IMG/VR virus record: IMGVR_UViG_3300034025_000005
Coordinates: 1-26,963 of that record
Length of the DNA stretch: 26,963 nucleotides
Direction: 5' to 3' (one strand)
Source: a virus
Taxonomy: Duplodnaviria > Caudoviricetes
Shown: positions 7,025 to 15,656 of the stretch, piece after piece
How the letters are laid out: the number at the start of each line of letters is the position of its first letter
Numbering within the stretch: position 1 is the stretch's first letter
Made by a program: the position numbers and the translations under genes
Notes under the pieces: model-generated
The model's input: only the letters and a program-made list of their open reading frames with translations
Databases searched by the model: none
Told to the model about the DNA's origin: nothing

Positions 7025-7842
7025 GTGACCTTTCTGAAAATTGCTTCGGCATAGACTTCGCTGTTGATGGAATTGCCGACACTCTGACCAGCTCGATTGC
7101 CGCCGCCAGCGTAATGATAGACTTGAAATTGTTTCGTTGCAGAAATAGTAAACCTGCCGCTAACAACACTATCGGTGGTGCTGGCGTTTGTGGCAGACGA
7201 ATACGAACTTGATCCAATCAACGGACTTGAAAGATCGGTCAGGTTCCTCAGCCATGCCTGATGGTTGCTTGATCCATATGCCGGCGCACGAATGCTGACT
7301 TCGTACGTCCCCGCTGGTAGCGTTACGGTGTTTGAAGCGAGCGACGCACCCGGGACATCGTTCCATTCAACGGTGTTGAGTGACCGCACTATGGTGGTAC
7401 CCGAAAACAGCGGCGCTTGCGTCCCGCTGCCATATCGCTCCGACACTTTCATGTATAGGGTGGCATGGCTTGTGAGGTCGACATAGTTGGCGCCGTCCGA
7501 CGAAGGGTCTGTCGTCCCTGACCCTGCCGCAGCAATGCGCCGGTACGTGCGCCCATCCGCCGGGCTGATGACGGATTGGTACTGCTGAACCGTTGCCCCG
7601 CTAACCCATGGGGTCGCGTTAGCGGTGGATGCTGCCGTAGCAGCGGCGCTCGTTGCCGTGCCAGCGCTGACGAATGCTTCTTGCGCGTTGGCGTAGACGT
7701 TGGCAGCAAATGCAGCCAACTGCGGGACGACTGCGGTAACCCACGTGATGAAAGCATCGAACCGGTCGCCAAACGTAGGGCGGTCCTTACGCTGCGGAGC
7801 TGCTCCGCTGAACGGGGTGATGGTTGGTGGAGTGGTCGCCAT
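7021..7842 (-). CDS. Short tail fiber / receptor-binding protein, 273 aa
   Basis: N-terminal helical anchor, CBM5/12-like PWVSG...V.SP.DGRTYR segment, C-terminal beta-rich head (VTLPAGTYEV). Confidence 0.65.
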   Translation of the reverse strand: MATTPPTITPFSGAAPQRKDRPTFGDRFDAFITWVTAVVPQLAAFAANVYANAQEAFVSAGTATSAAATAASTANATPWVSGATVQQYQSVISPADGRTYRRIAAAGSGTTDPSSDGANYVDLTSHATLYMKVSERYGSGTQAPLFSGTTIVRSLNTVEWNDVPGASLASNTVTLPAGTYEVSIRAPAYGSSNHQAWLRNLTDLSSPLIGSSSYSSATNASTTDSVVSGRFTISATKQFQVYHYAGGGNRAGQSVGNSINSEVYAEAIFRKVT

Positions 7843-8765
7843 TAGATGAGCCCTTTTACGGAGATGGAAATACTGCAGCGATCACTGCGGTAGGAGAATT
7901 TGCCTGAGCCGAGACCCCAGGTACGCAGTCCAGCCATGTCGGGTGTATCTGTGGCGAACCAGAACGCCGGCGTGCCAAGTGCCGACTCAACGACACGCTG
8001 CGCCTTGAGTCCTTCGGCTCGACTATTTGTGATGGCCGATAGCGTAAGGTTCGTCGCAGTAGGGCCATCAACGATGTCCGTCTCGCCCCACTGATCCGTG
8101 TCGATGTAACCGAAGAAAGTCGGCTCCGCCTCGGCGTCAGATAACGTTTGACCGAGCACCTTGATGTCGCCGACAGCCAGTGCGCCACAAGCTACCGTTC
8201 CTCCGCCCGTCAGCGAGACAGTCACCTCGGCAGTGCCGTACGGTGGAATATCGGTCAGCAGCAAGTCGGTCAGCGGCTCGAACGGGTCGAAGAAATATTC
8301 CCAGTAATCGTCAGGAGCACTTGCTTCCATCGGCCCGGTGTAGCTGTAGATGACATTGCCACCCGGCGCATCCTTAACAGTCACGGCGATGTCGCTTGCG
8401 GTCACGCCTGCCACATAAAGCGAACTGAAAACGCCTGGCCGTATGACAACGGTCAAGTCGGACGTCGCAGTGGTTAGCGTGCCCGGCTTCTTGTCGAACA
8501 TAGCCCATTGATTGGTAGGGCCGGTATCAAGCCAGTACACGATCACACCAACTCGATTAGCGGCAAGAGCCGGGTCCTTATTGGTGTTGCCGGTATCGAC
8601 CAAGCTTTGATATACCCGCTGCGTTACAGGGCTGTAGCAGTACAGCCCCTTCGTGTAGTTCGTCGTGCTCGACCACGCCGTGTAGGTGCCTACGGTTGCG
8701 GTCGTGCTCGTCAGCATGGTCGACGTGATCACAGTCGGGACTAGGACGCTCAGGAGGCCGCTCAA
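7842..8765 (-). CDS. Tail-tip (distal-tail-like) protein with a carbohydrate-binding-like insert, 307 aa
   Basis: Immediately after the TMP (ATGA overlap). AWSSTTNY..G......RVYQSL...N...P CBM-like segment and WLDTGPTNQWAMFD motif. Confidence 0.65.
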   Translation of the reverse strand: MSGLLSVLVPTVITSTMLTSTTATVGTYTAWSSTTNYTKGLYCYSPVTQRVYQSLVDTGNTNKDPALAANRVGVIVYWLDTGPTNQWAMFDKKPGTLTTATSDLTVVIRPGVFSSLYVAGVTASDIAVTVKDAPGGNVIYSYTGPMEASAPDDYWEYFFDPFEPLTDLLLTDIPPYGTAEVTVSLTGGGTVACGALAVGDIKVLGQTLSDAEAEPTFFGYIDTDQWGETDIVDGPTATNLTLSAITNSRAEGLKAQRVVESALGTPAFWFATDTPDMAGLRTWGLGSGKFSYRSDRCSISISVKGLI

Positions 8766-11700
8766 TTGACCACCTTCACGCGCAGCGGACCGCCCGTACT
8801 TGCGTTCTTGAGGGCATCGGCCATGGTTGCCATATCTTTCGCCATTTCCTCGTTCGCCTCCTTAAGTGTTGTGACGGTCGCCGCCAGAACTTTGACCGCG
8901 TCAGCCAGTGCAGCGCTGTTGTCCGATGGACTGGACAGCCGCGCCATCAATGCCCGGTTATCAGCTGCCGGGATGATCCGCTCGCCTTCGTGCACAAGCG
9001 CCGGCATCGTCTGCGGCACGTAGTTCGTACCGACAGCAAACGGGTGCAGCTTCTTGTACTCGTCCGACTTCTTGATGTCGGCAGCGATCTGCGCGATGGA
9101 CTCACCACTCTTCATGTAGTAGTCCAGTCCAGCAGAGTCAGCAGTAGGCCGCTTCAGCAAGTCCTTGTAGAGCCCCTGAATCTGCGCCTCGCGCGAGTTC
9201 GCGATACTGTCCTTGATGTCGCCGATGGACGTGCCACCCGCTGCCAGGTTCTGGTAGTAGTCCAGTCCAGCGGCATCAGGAGCACGACCCAACGACGTCT
9301 TGTAGGCATCGCTGATCGCTGCAACGCCTGCGACCGACGCATTCCCGCGCGCTGCAAGCATCGCAGTGCCCAGGCCTTCGATCGCCTTCTGGATATCCAG
9401 CCCGATCGTGCTGATGCCCTTGAGCTGGTCGACCTGATCCTTGGCGTTATCGAGGATCGCATCGAACCGATCAAGCTGCTTCTTGTCCAGGTCCAGTTGC
9501 TGTTCCTGGGTCGATAGCTGTCCGTCCGTCGCCTTGCCCAGTGCGGCAATGTCGTTCTTCGTGGTCAGCAGATCGAACAGGTAGCTTTCGCGCGAGCCGA
9601 ACTGCTTGCTTGAGTCTTGCGTTACCGTGTTGAACGCCTTGCCGAGCGACTTGATCTGCGCGTCAGACAGTTGCGCGCCGCCCTGCACCGAAGCCAGCGC
9701 CGACTTGATTTCCGCCTGCGCAGAAAGGCGCATATCCTTCTCGGCGCCAGGAACCTTGAAGCTATCGAGCGTGCTGCTGATCGTCTCGGAAAAGCCTTGC
9801 AGCCGCTTGACCGCGTCCTCTTCCTTGTCGATCCGCTTTTGCAGCACATCTTTCTCGCGCCCGACGATGCCCTGCAGGACGGAATAGGCGTTGTCGACGG
9901 TGTTGAGCAGGCCCGAGCCATCGGACTTGACCTTGTCGATCGCCTCCGCGGCGGCTTGCAGACTCCAGAGATTCTTTGTCGCCGCGCGGAGTGATGGCTC
10001 CAACTCCTCAAGCGCGATCGCGTGCTGCTTCTCCAGCACCGCGGCCGCTGCTGCTTTATCGCCGGTGAATTGGTAGATTTCGGCCTGGATACCTAGAAGC
10101 GACTTCTGAGTCTCCTCCGCATCCTTGGCCGCGTCCGTCACCTGTTTCAGTGCCGGCGCGATCGTCATCAGGGCCGTGTACGCCTGCGCGCCTGACTCAG
10201 TAGTCGTATCGAGCGCAACGACGAAGTCGCGGAACATCTTGGCGGCATCGTCACCTTCGGACGAAAGCCCGTACTTCGCCAACGTGGGATCGATCCGCTT
10301 CTTGAGCGCGGCAGCTTGCTCCTGATCGCTGAAGAAGTTCTTCAGGAAGTAGTCGCCTGCGGCCGTGAACTTGTCCAGCCCGCCGGCCAGCTGCACCAGC
10401 TCGTCACGCGCCGCCACCGACGCAAAGCCGACTGCGCCGAACGTCTTGCCGAACGACTCAAACACGACATCGACCGTCTGGTACTCGGTCGCGATCCGCG
10501 TCAGCGTTTCGAATGCCCCTTCACCTGCATTCTGAAACTCCTGCAGGCCGGCCACGGCAAACTTCGCCATGTCGTCACCGACCTTGCTCAGGGCGGTTTG
10601 CAGCGCTGCCTGGACTTCCTCCGGCTTCAGGTCCTTGGTGCTGATCTTGCCGATATCGACCACAAAGCTGTTGAGCGTCGAAGTGAAAGCATCGCCGCTC
10701 AGGCCGAGGATGCCGGCCTCTTGCGAGATCGCATCGCCCATGCCGGAGAGGATCTTGGTGAACTGGTCATCAACCTCATCCCCAAGCGCATTCAACTGCG
10801 TTCCGGACTTCGATTTACGGAACAGGCCTCTATCAGTCTTGGTATCGCTGTACTGGCTGACGTTGGCGCCGCCGGCCGCGATTTGCCCTAGCGACCCGGG
10901 CGCAACCGAAATGCCCGTGTCAACGGTGTGTACATTCCCGCCGAACAGGAAGTTGGCGATCTGGCCGGTGAGTTTCGAGCCCACCGCAGACAGGATTGGG
11001 GTAATGGCGCCCAGTTGCTGCCCTGCAGCCGATGCGCCGCCAGCCTGCACGCCCAGGGCTTTCGTGCTGAAGCCGTCTGTGCGATACAGGATGTTGCCCA
11101 GACCGTTGATGCCGACATTGATCGACTGGAGCACAGACAGCATGCTCGCGCTGATCGACAGGTCCTGATACGTGTTCTTCTCGATCAGGTCGAGCGACTT
11201 CTTCAGCGAGTCCGACTTGGCGTTTGTGTCGCCTAGCACGGAGCCAGTGCCGTTCGCGGCTTGGCGGTCCTTCGCCGTCGTATCGGCGCCACCGCTCACA
11301 CCCCCAATTGCCACGCCCAGGCCGGCCACGATTGCAGCCATAGCCGCCATACGCCCGAACGCGCTGTATGGGTCGCCCTGGCCCTGCGACAGCACGGCGC
11401 TGATACCTTTCGGGACCAACTCGGCCAGCGTCATCGCCAACTCAGCGGCATGGAATACTTGCGATGCAGTTTGCAAAGCTTGGTAGCCGCGGCTGTGCTC
11501 GTCGAAAAAGCCGGACGCAGCGCTTGCCATGTCGCCATAGCTGCCTAGCTGCTCCTTTGTGTTCTTCTTGCTAATCTCGCCGATGCGCTCCAAATACTTC
11601 GCGTAGTCGTTGCCGCCCTTTTTGCTGCCCTCATACTCGGCATCAGCATCCTTGCGAGCTTTTGCAATCTCGGCCTGCTTGATACCGTATTGCTGCAGGG

Positions 11701-14008
11701 AGCCGGCCAGCTTGGTTAGTGAATCACCAGCAGAGCCGAATGCGGTCCGCAGCGCTTCGCCGAACGTTTGCGCCTTAGTTGGGTCGAGGAACTTATCTAA
11801 ATCCGCAGACGCCTTCTTCGCATCCTCTTGGATCTGCGATGCCGTCTGGGCACTCCCAAGGCGAGTAAGGCCGTCGATACGGCGTTGAATATCAGCCAAG
11901 CCCTCATCGGTTAGCACCTTCGATTGTTTCGATGCCTCCAGCTCCGCAACTTGAGCTGCCGTGATGGCGTCCGGCAGCATGCCATAGGTCTTGACCTTCA
12001 ACTCCTGAGCCTCTACCTGCGACATAATCGCGCCAATGTCGCGCTCTACTGCGGCGCGGGAGTCCTCATACAGCTTCTTCTCATCCTCCGCCGCCTTTGC
12101 CTGAGCATCGTTAGCGGCCTTGATTGCAGGCTGCTTGGCGAGCAGAACAGCTTGAGCAGCGGTCAAGTCTTTGATGTTTAGAGTGCCTTTTGCATACGCG
12201 GCGCTCAACGAATCCCAGTCTTTAGTGAACGTTGGCGAAAGCCCAGACAGTTCGCCCAGGAGTTTTGCTTGCTCCTTTGCGGCGTCAGCTATCCTCTTTG
12301 CTTCAGCTTCTGCCGCAGCAGCAGCACCGTTGTTGCCAGACTGATAGCGAAGGTCTTTTTGATTCTGCGCGGGTGCTGCTGCTGCCGGAGCCACAGCGTC
12401 TTTGACGCGTGCTGCAATGCGCTTGCGAACCGCCTGCTCAAACTCGTCGGCTGGTTGGTTGAGCAGTTTTTCGTACCGTGCATTTGCGTCTTTGAGTACA
12501 TCTTCTCGGGCTGCAAGGGCCGCTTTGATGTCGTTGAGGGCAGAGCCGCCAGTCAGCCACTTGTATCCTGCAACAGTGGGATTAGCATTTGCCGCGACGA
12601 TTGCGAGTGTCTTTAGGTCTGTCCATATAACTTTGATACTTCCTGCCAGCGCAACAAACGTGTTGACTAGCGTGCGGGCAAAGTCGACCGCTCCCGCAAT
12701 GCCGATAGCCAGTTCGTCAGCCCATTTGCCGGTATTCCCGTCCGTTAAATCCCCTTGTCTCTTAGCCACGTCTAAGAACGCTCCGGCCAGATCGGTTAAC
12801 GCAGGCAAAGCATCGATTGCGATAGAGGTCGAGACCTCTTTGAGCCTTAACTTTGCCCACCCCAGCTGATCCTGGAACCCTGCAGCCGCACTCGCCGCTT
12901 CGGCCGAGACGCCAGTAACCTTCTCATAGTTTTCGGCCAAGTCATTCAAGAATGGCAGGAGATCTGCGCCAGACTTTCCTACGGCATCTGTAATCAGTGC
13001 AGTCTTGGCAGCGCCATCGTTATAGCCTTGAAGCTTCTTAGCCAAGTCAACCAAAACTTCAGCCGGATCACGCAACTTGCCCGATGCATCTTTTGACGCC
13101 ACACCAATCGCAGTCAGGGCCTTATGTGTCTTGTTGCTTTCGTCGTCGACCGTCGCCATGCCCTTCGCAAGCTTGTTCAGTGCGCCGCTCACGGATTCCA
13201 TGTCCGGTCCGAACACTGTCACGATTTTCTGTATTTTCGATAGGTTTTCAACGCTGGAACCTGTTTTTTGCGCCAGGTCGTCGAGGTCACCGAGATCCTT
13301 AATTGCACTGCCAATCAGGGCGGCACCGGCAGCAGCTGCCGTCGCGATTCCAGCAGTGACGGCTAGTAAAACGCCCTTGAACTTACCGGCCATTTCACTA
13401 AGAGTACCGAACGACGACTCGCCGGCCTTTTCTGCTTCTCGCAACTTGGCAATCATTGGACCGGCCGCATCAGCCACGCCGAGCTGAGCAGCGCGCAGCG
13501 CGGCTAGCTCTGCCGCGGATTTGCCAATGCCATCCGTGCGCGATTTCAGGCTGTCGAGAAATTTCGTCGACTCGTCCAGCCTTCGCTGAGCTTGGGCAAC
13601 GAGATCCGTCTTGCGCGCCGCATCGTCAAGGCTGGCAAGGAACGGCTTAAGAACGTCCTTGTTGAGCCCGCGCGAGTCAGCCAACGCGGCAAAGTTCTCG
13701 GCCGTACCTTTTGCTCCAGCTGAAAGCGCGGTAGTAGCCTGAGTGGCACGCTTGATGGCTTCAGCCATGCGGGCGGTTGCGCGGTCAACACCAGTAGCTG
13801 CGGCGTCCGCGCCATCGCCAACGGATTTGATGCCAGGGCCTTGACCGAGACTGTCGAGCGTACGGCCCGTTTTCGTAGCTGCATCGTCGACGCGCTTCAG
13901 GCCGGACTCAACTCCCACCACCGCATCATTGACTTTGCGTAGCCCAGCATCGACACCATCGCCGTCGACAACGACCTTGATAGTTGCGGTGTTAACAATA
14001 TCGCTCAT
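8762..14008 (-). CDS. Tail tape measure protein, 1748 aa
   Basis: Long Ala/Gly-rich helical ORF downstream of the tail chaperones. C-terminal FAVGTNYVP...VHEGERIIP motif typical of TMPs. Confidence 0.93.
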   Translation of the reverse strand: MSDIVNTATIKVVVDGDGVDAGLRKVNDAVVGVESGLKRVDDAATKTGRTLDSLGQGPGIKSVGDGADAAATGVDRATARMAEAIKRATQATTALSAGAKGTAENFAALADSRGLNKDVLKPFLASLDDAARKTDLVAQAQRRLDESTKFLDSLKSRTDGIGKSAAELAALRAAQLGVADAAGPMIAKLREAEKAGESSFGTLSEMAGKFKGVLLAVTAGIATAAAAGAALIGSAIKDLGDLDDLAQKTGSSVENLSKIQKIVTVFGPDMESVSGALNKLAKGMATVDDESNKTHKALTAIGVASKDASGKLRDPAEVLVDLAKKLQGYNDGAAKTALITDAVGKSGADLLPFLNDLAENYEKVTGVSAEAASAAAGFQDQLGWAKLRLKEVSTSIAIDALPALTDLAGAFLDVAKRQGDLTDGNTGKWADELAIGIAGAVDFARTLVNTFVALAGSIKVIWTDLKTLAIVAANANPTVAGYKWLTGGSALNDIKAALAAREDVLKDANARYEKLLNQPADEFEQAVRKRIAARVKDAVAPAAAAPAQNQKDLRYQSGNNGAAAAAEAEAKRIADAAKEQAKLLGELSGLSPTFTKDWDSLSAAYAKGTLNIKDLTAAQAVLLAKQPAIKAANDAQAKAAEDEKKLYEDSRAAVERDIGAIMSQVEAQELKVKTYGMLPDAITAAQVAELEASKQSKVLTDEGLADIQRRIDGLTRLGSAQTASQIQEDAKKASADLDKFLDPTKAQTFGEALRTAFGSAGDSLTKLAGSLQQYGIKQAEIAKARKDADAEYEGSKKGGNDYAKYLERIGEISKKNTKEQLGSYGDMASAASGFFDEHSRGYQALQTASQVFHAAELAMTLAELVPKGISAVLSQGQGDPYSAFGRMAAMAAIVAGLGVAIGGVSGGADTTAKDRQAANGTGSVLGDTNAKSDSLKKSLDLIEKNTYQDLSISASMLSVLQSINVGINGLGNILYRTDGFSTKALGVQAGGASAAGQQLGAITPILSAVGSKLTGQIANFLFGGNVHTVDTGISVAPGSLGQIAAGGANVSQYSDTKTDRGLFRKSKSGTQLNALGDEVDDQFTKILSGMGDAISQEAGILGLSGDAFTSTLNSFVVDIGKISTKDLKPEEVQAALQTALSKVGDDMAKFAVAGLQEFQNAGEGAFETLTRIATEYQTVDVVFESFGKTFGAVGFASVAARDELVQLAGGLDKFTAAGDYFLKNFFSDQEQAAALKKRIDPTLAKYGLSSEGDDAAKMFRDFVVALDTTTESGAQAYTALMTIAPALKQVTDAAKDAEETQKSLLGIQAEIYQFTGDKAAAAAVLEKQHAIALEELEPSLRAATKNLWSLQAAAEAIDKVKSDGSGLLNTVDNAYSVLQGIVGREKDVLQKRIDKEEDAVKRLQGFSETISSTLDSFKVPGAEKDMRLSAQAEIKSALASVQGGAQLSDAQIKSLGKAFNTVTQDSSKQFGSRESYLFDLLTTKNDIAALGKATDGQLSTQEQQLDLDKKQLDRFDAILDNAKDQVDQLKGISTIGLDIQKAIEGLGTAMLAARGNASVAGVAAISDAYKTSLGRAPDAAGLDYYQNLAAGGTSIGDIKDSIANSREAQIQGLYKDLLKRPTADSAGLDYYMKSGESIAQIAADIKKSDEYKKLHPFAVGTNYVPQTMPALVHEGERIIPAADNRALMARLSSPSDNSAALADAVKVLAATVTTLKEANEEMAKDMATMADALKNASTGGPLRVKVVN
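9055..9320 (-). repeat. Two DUF4214-like repeats in the TMP C-terminus
   Basis: ISDAYKTSLGRAPDAAGLDYY...I..S.E and IQGLYKDLLKRPTADSAGLDYY...I..S.E. Identical 18-mer GTAGTAGTCCAGTCCAGC at 9116-9133 and 9254-9271. Confidence 0.7.
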
Positions 14009-14019
14009 CGTCTGCCCAT

Positions 14020-14044
14020 AAAAAAAGCCACCCGGAGGTGGCTT
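14020..14044 (-). terminator. Intrinsic terminator ending the accessory island upstream of the TMP
   Basis: AAGCCACC-TCCG-GGTGGCTT followed by a T-run. Confidence 0.8.
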
Positions 14045-14061
14045 GTTTGCCTTCTACTTGA

Positions 14062-14367
14062 CTATCTTTTCTTCGCGAAAACAGATCCTAGCTTTCGACC
14101 AAGTGCTTCTGCGCCGGTAGGCGGCTGATTCGCTATGTCTACCCCTAGGGAGGCAACCATTTGCCGGCCGAGCGGCGTGTTCACTGGCACTAGCTCGGCG
14201 CTGCCGCACGCACGGCAGACATCGTGGCGACGGGTGTGGCGCCAGATGCTGTAGATTAGTCCCGGAACCAAAAAACAAAGCCACAAAATTATCTCAATGA
14301 GTATGGAGCCCGGGGTTTTTGACGCTGGGCTATCAACTGTTCCGCACTGCTTACATACCTTTTGCAT
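14062..14367 (-). CDS. Small membrane protein with split zinc ribbon (LITAF-like, YqaE/Pmp3-like core), 101 aa moron
   Basis: GGAGG RBS. CKQC, hydrophobic ILIEIILWLCFLVPGLIYSIW, then HDVCRAC. Flanked by a hairpin (14407-14440) and a terminator. Confidence 0.75.
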   Translation of the reverse strand: MQKVCKQCGTVDSPASKTPGSILIEIILWLCFLVPGLIYSIWRHTRRHDVCRACGSAELVPVNTPLGRQMVASLGVDIANQPPTGAEALGRKLGSVFAKKR

Positions 14368-14451
14368 GTCACCTCCACCTTTGGAGAAGACATATTACAC
14401 CAGCGCAAGTAGCCGCTCCGTATTTCGGAGCTGCTACTTTGTCTTAGTGCT

Positions 14452-14751
14452 TCACACGACCAAGCGCAGAGCAGGGCGCTTTTTTGGGAACTTATCAGCA
14501 AGCACATCTGCGATGCACATGAAGTCTTCCTGCGTCTCGTCGGCCATCGCGCCGAAGAGGTCAAGAAGACGAAGATGTTTCGCGCGTTCCTGTGGATGCG
14601 ATTTTGCCTGCCTAGCTGCCGTGCTCATCACAAGCTCCCGGCCCCAATCGTCCATCGATGCAAAGTACGCGACCAGTTGAGCCACCTGGCCTTCATGCGC
14701 AACAAGCGCTTTCGCATGTTGCGCTGCTTTCTTTGGTGCTGTAGCATTCAT
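14452..14751 (-). CDS. Hypothetical protein with an internal tandem repeat, 99 aa (candidate antirepressor)
   Basis: AAGGA RBS. Two copies of F..M.D...E.....A...A...P......LRL. Confidence 0.7.
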   Translation of the reverse strand: MNATAPKKAAQHAKALVAHEGQVAQLVAYFASMDDWGRELVMSTAARQAKSHPQERAKHLRLLDLFGAMADETQEDFMCIADVLADKFPKKRPALRLVV

Positions 14752-14817
14752 GTCAGTTCCTTTAGTTGGGAATTAAAGCCCCGAGCCGCCTGCCAGCTGA
14801 TCCGGGGCTTTTTCTTT
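14719..14817 (+). ncRNA. Putative cis-antisense RNA (sar/SymR-like; RNA ~14754-14817) with its promoter
   Basis: TTGCGC(14719-14724)-N17-TAGCAT(14742-14747) lies inside the first codons of the 99-aa gene. The transcript would cover that gene's RBS and end at AAAGCCCCG...CGGGGCTTT-TTCTTT. Confidence 0.6.
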
Positions 14818-15361
14818 AGTTCAACAGGGATGGTTGCAGTGCCGTTTCGAGCTCTGCACGCTCGGCTCGCAGCGGGCGGATTTCCCGTCTACGCAGGTTC
14901 ATCAGGCGCGAGCCGAACGCTGCTTTAACCTGGGACTGCGTTTCCTTCGCGATAAGCGCCTGCATCTTTTGCCACAGGTTCTTCTCGCTTACCGCTAATT
15001 CCTCTGCAACCTGGTTAAATGCCGCAATGAAACGAATGCGGCATAGGCGCGCCCGGTCGCCAGTAAAGCTCATCGCCAGCTCAGACAAGCCGTCCTTTGT
15101 CATTCGGTATCCCGGTGCCGAGCGCATCCCACCCTTGCCAGTTTTGTAGTCGAACATACACGGCTCAAAATTGAGCCGCGAATGCTGCGCGATTTCTGGG
15201 TTGCTGCTCATGCGCATGTCATCAATGATTCGCAGAACGTTCTTGTGGGCCTTGCCAAAGTACTTTGCGACGATGCGCGAGTCAGTCACAAGGTGGTCAC
15301 CTTGCACTGTCACCAGCTGGCCTGGGCTTGTGAGATCAAGACGAAGTTCATTGGTGTGCAT
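14816..15361 (-). CDS. rha: Rha family phage regulatory protein, 181 aa
   Basis: TDSRIVAKYFGKAHKNVLRII...LNFEP...YRMTKDG..LAMSFTG.RA...RFIAAFN. Confidence 0.9.
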   Translation of the reverse strand: MHTNELRLDLTSPGQLVTVQGDHLVTDSRIVAKYFGKAHKNVLRIIDDMRMSSNPEIAQHSRLNFEPCMFDYKTGKGGMRSAPGYRMTKDGLSELAMSFTGDRARLCRIRFIAAFNQVAEELAVSEKNLWQKMQALIAKETQSQVKAAFGSRLMNLRRREIRPLRAERAELETALQPSLLN

Positions 15362-15536
15362 GGCTCACCTCTTCGGAAGCTTTCTCACGACGCGCCAGCT
15401 CAGCCTCGACCACAGGCCCAAGCAAACGGTTCAGCATCCAGTTCAAGCTACGCTCGTCCATCTTCGCAAGCTTTTCTGCGGCCTTTCGAACTGGCGGATC
15501 AATACGAAACGGGTAAGGCGCTATCGTGCGGTTCAT
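15348..15536 (-). CDS. Arc-family ribbon-helix-helix repressor, 62 aa
   Basis: GGGAG RBS before ATG 15536. PYPFRIDPPVRKAAEKLAKMDERSLNWMLNRLL. Overlaps the rha start. Confidence 0.8.
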   Translation of the reverse strand: MNRTIAPYPFRIDPPVRKAAEKLAKMDERSLNWMLNRLLGPVVEAELARREKASEEVSHAHQ

Positions 15537-15546
15537 GTTTGCTCCC

Positions 15547-15650
15547 ATGTGATCTATTGAGATCACATACTATGTCACGGTGACTTCATTGACAAGAGAT
15601 ATTTGTGTCACCGTGACTCTATTTCAAAGATGTCACGATGCTAGTATCCT
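15547..15650. promoter_or_regulatory. Divergent promoters and operators of the arc/mnt-like switch
   Basis: - strand TTGTCA-N17-TAGTAT (15595-15567). Palindromes GTCAC-N-GTGAC at 15574-15584 and 15607-15617, with a half site at 15632. Inverted repeat ATGTGATCT-N4-AGATCACAT 15547-15568. + strand -10 TATCCT 15645-15650 ends 6 nt before the ATG. Confidence 0.7.
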
Positions 15651-15656
15651 TCGCCC

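Noticed and set aside
4866-8765. Diversity-generating retroelement or invertible tail-fiber cassette
   Set aside because: No reverse transcriptase, invertase or long TR/VR-type repeat was seen in the window.
15547-15568. CRP/FNR site (TGTGA...TCACA)
   Set aside because: Half-site spacing is 10 bp rather than 6, so it is more likely a phage operator.
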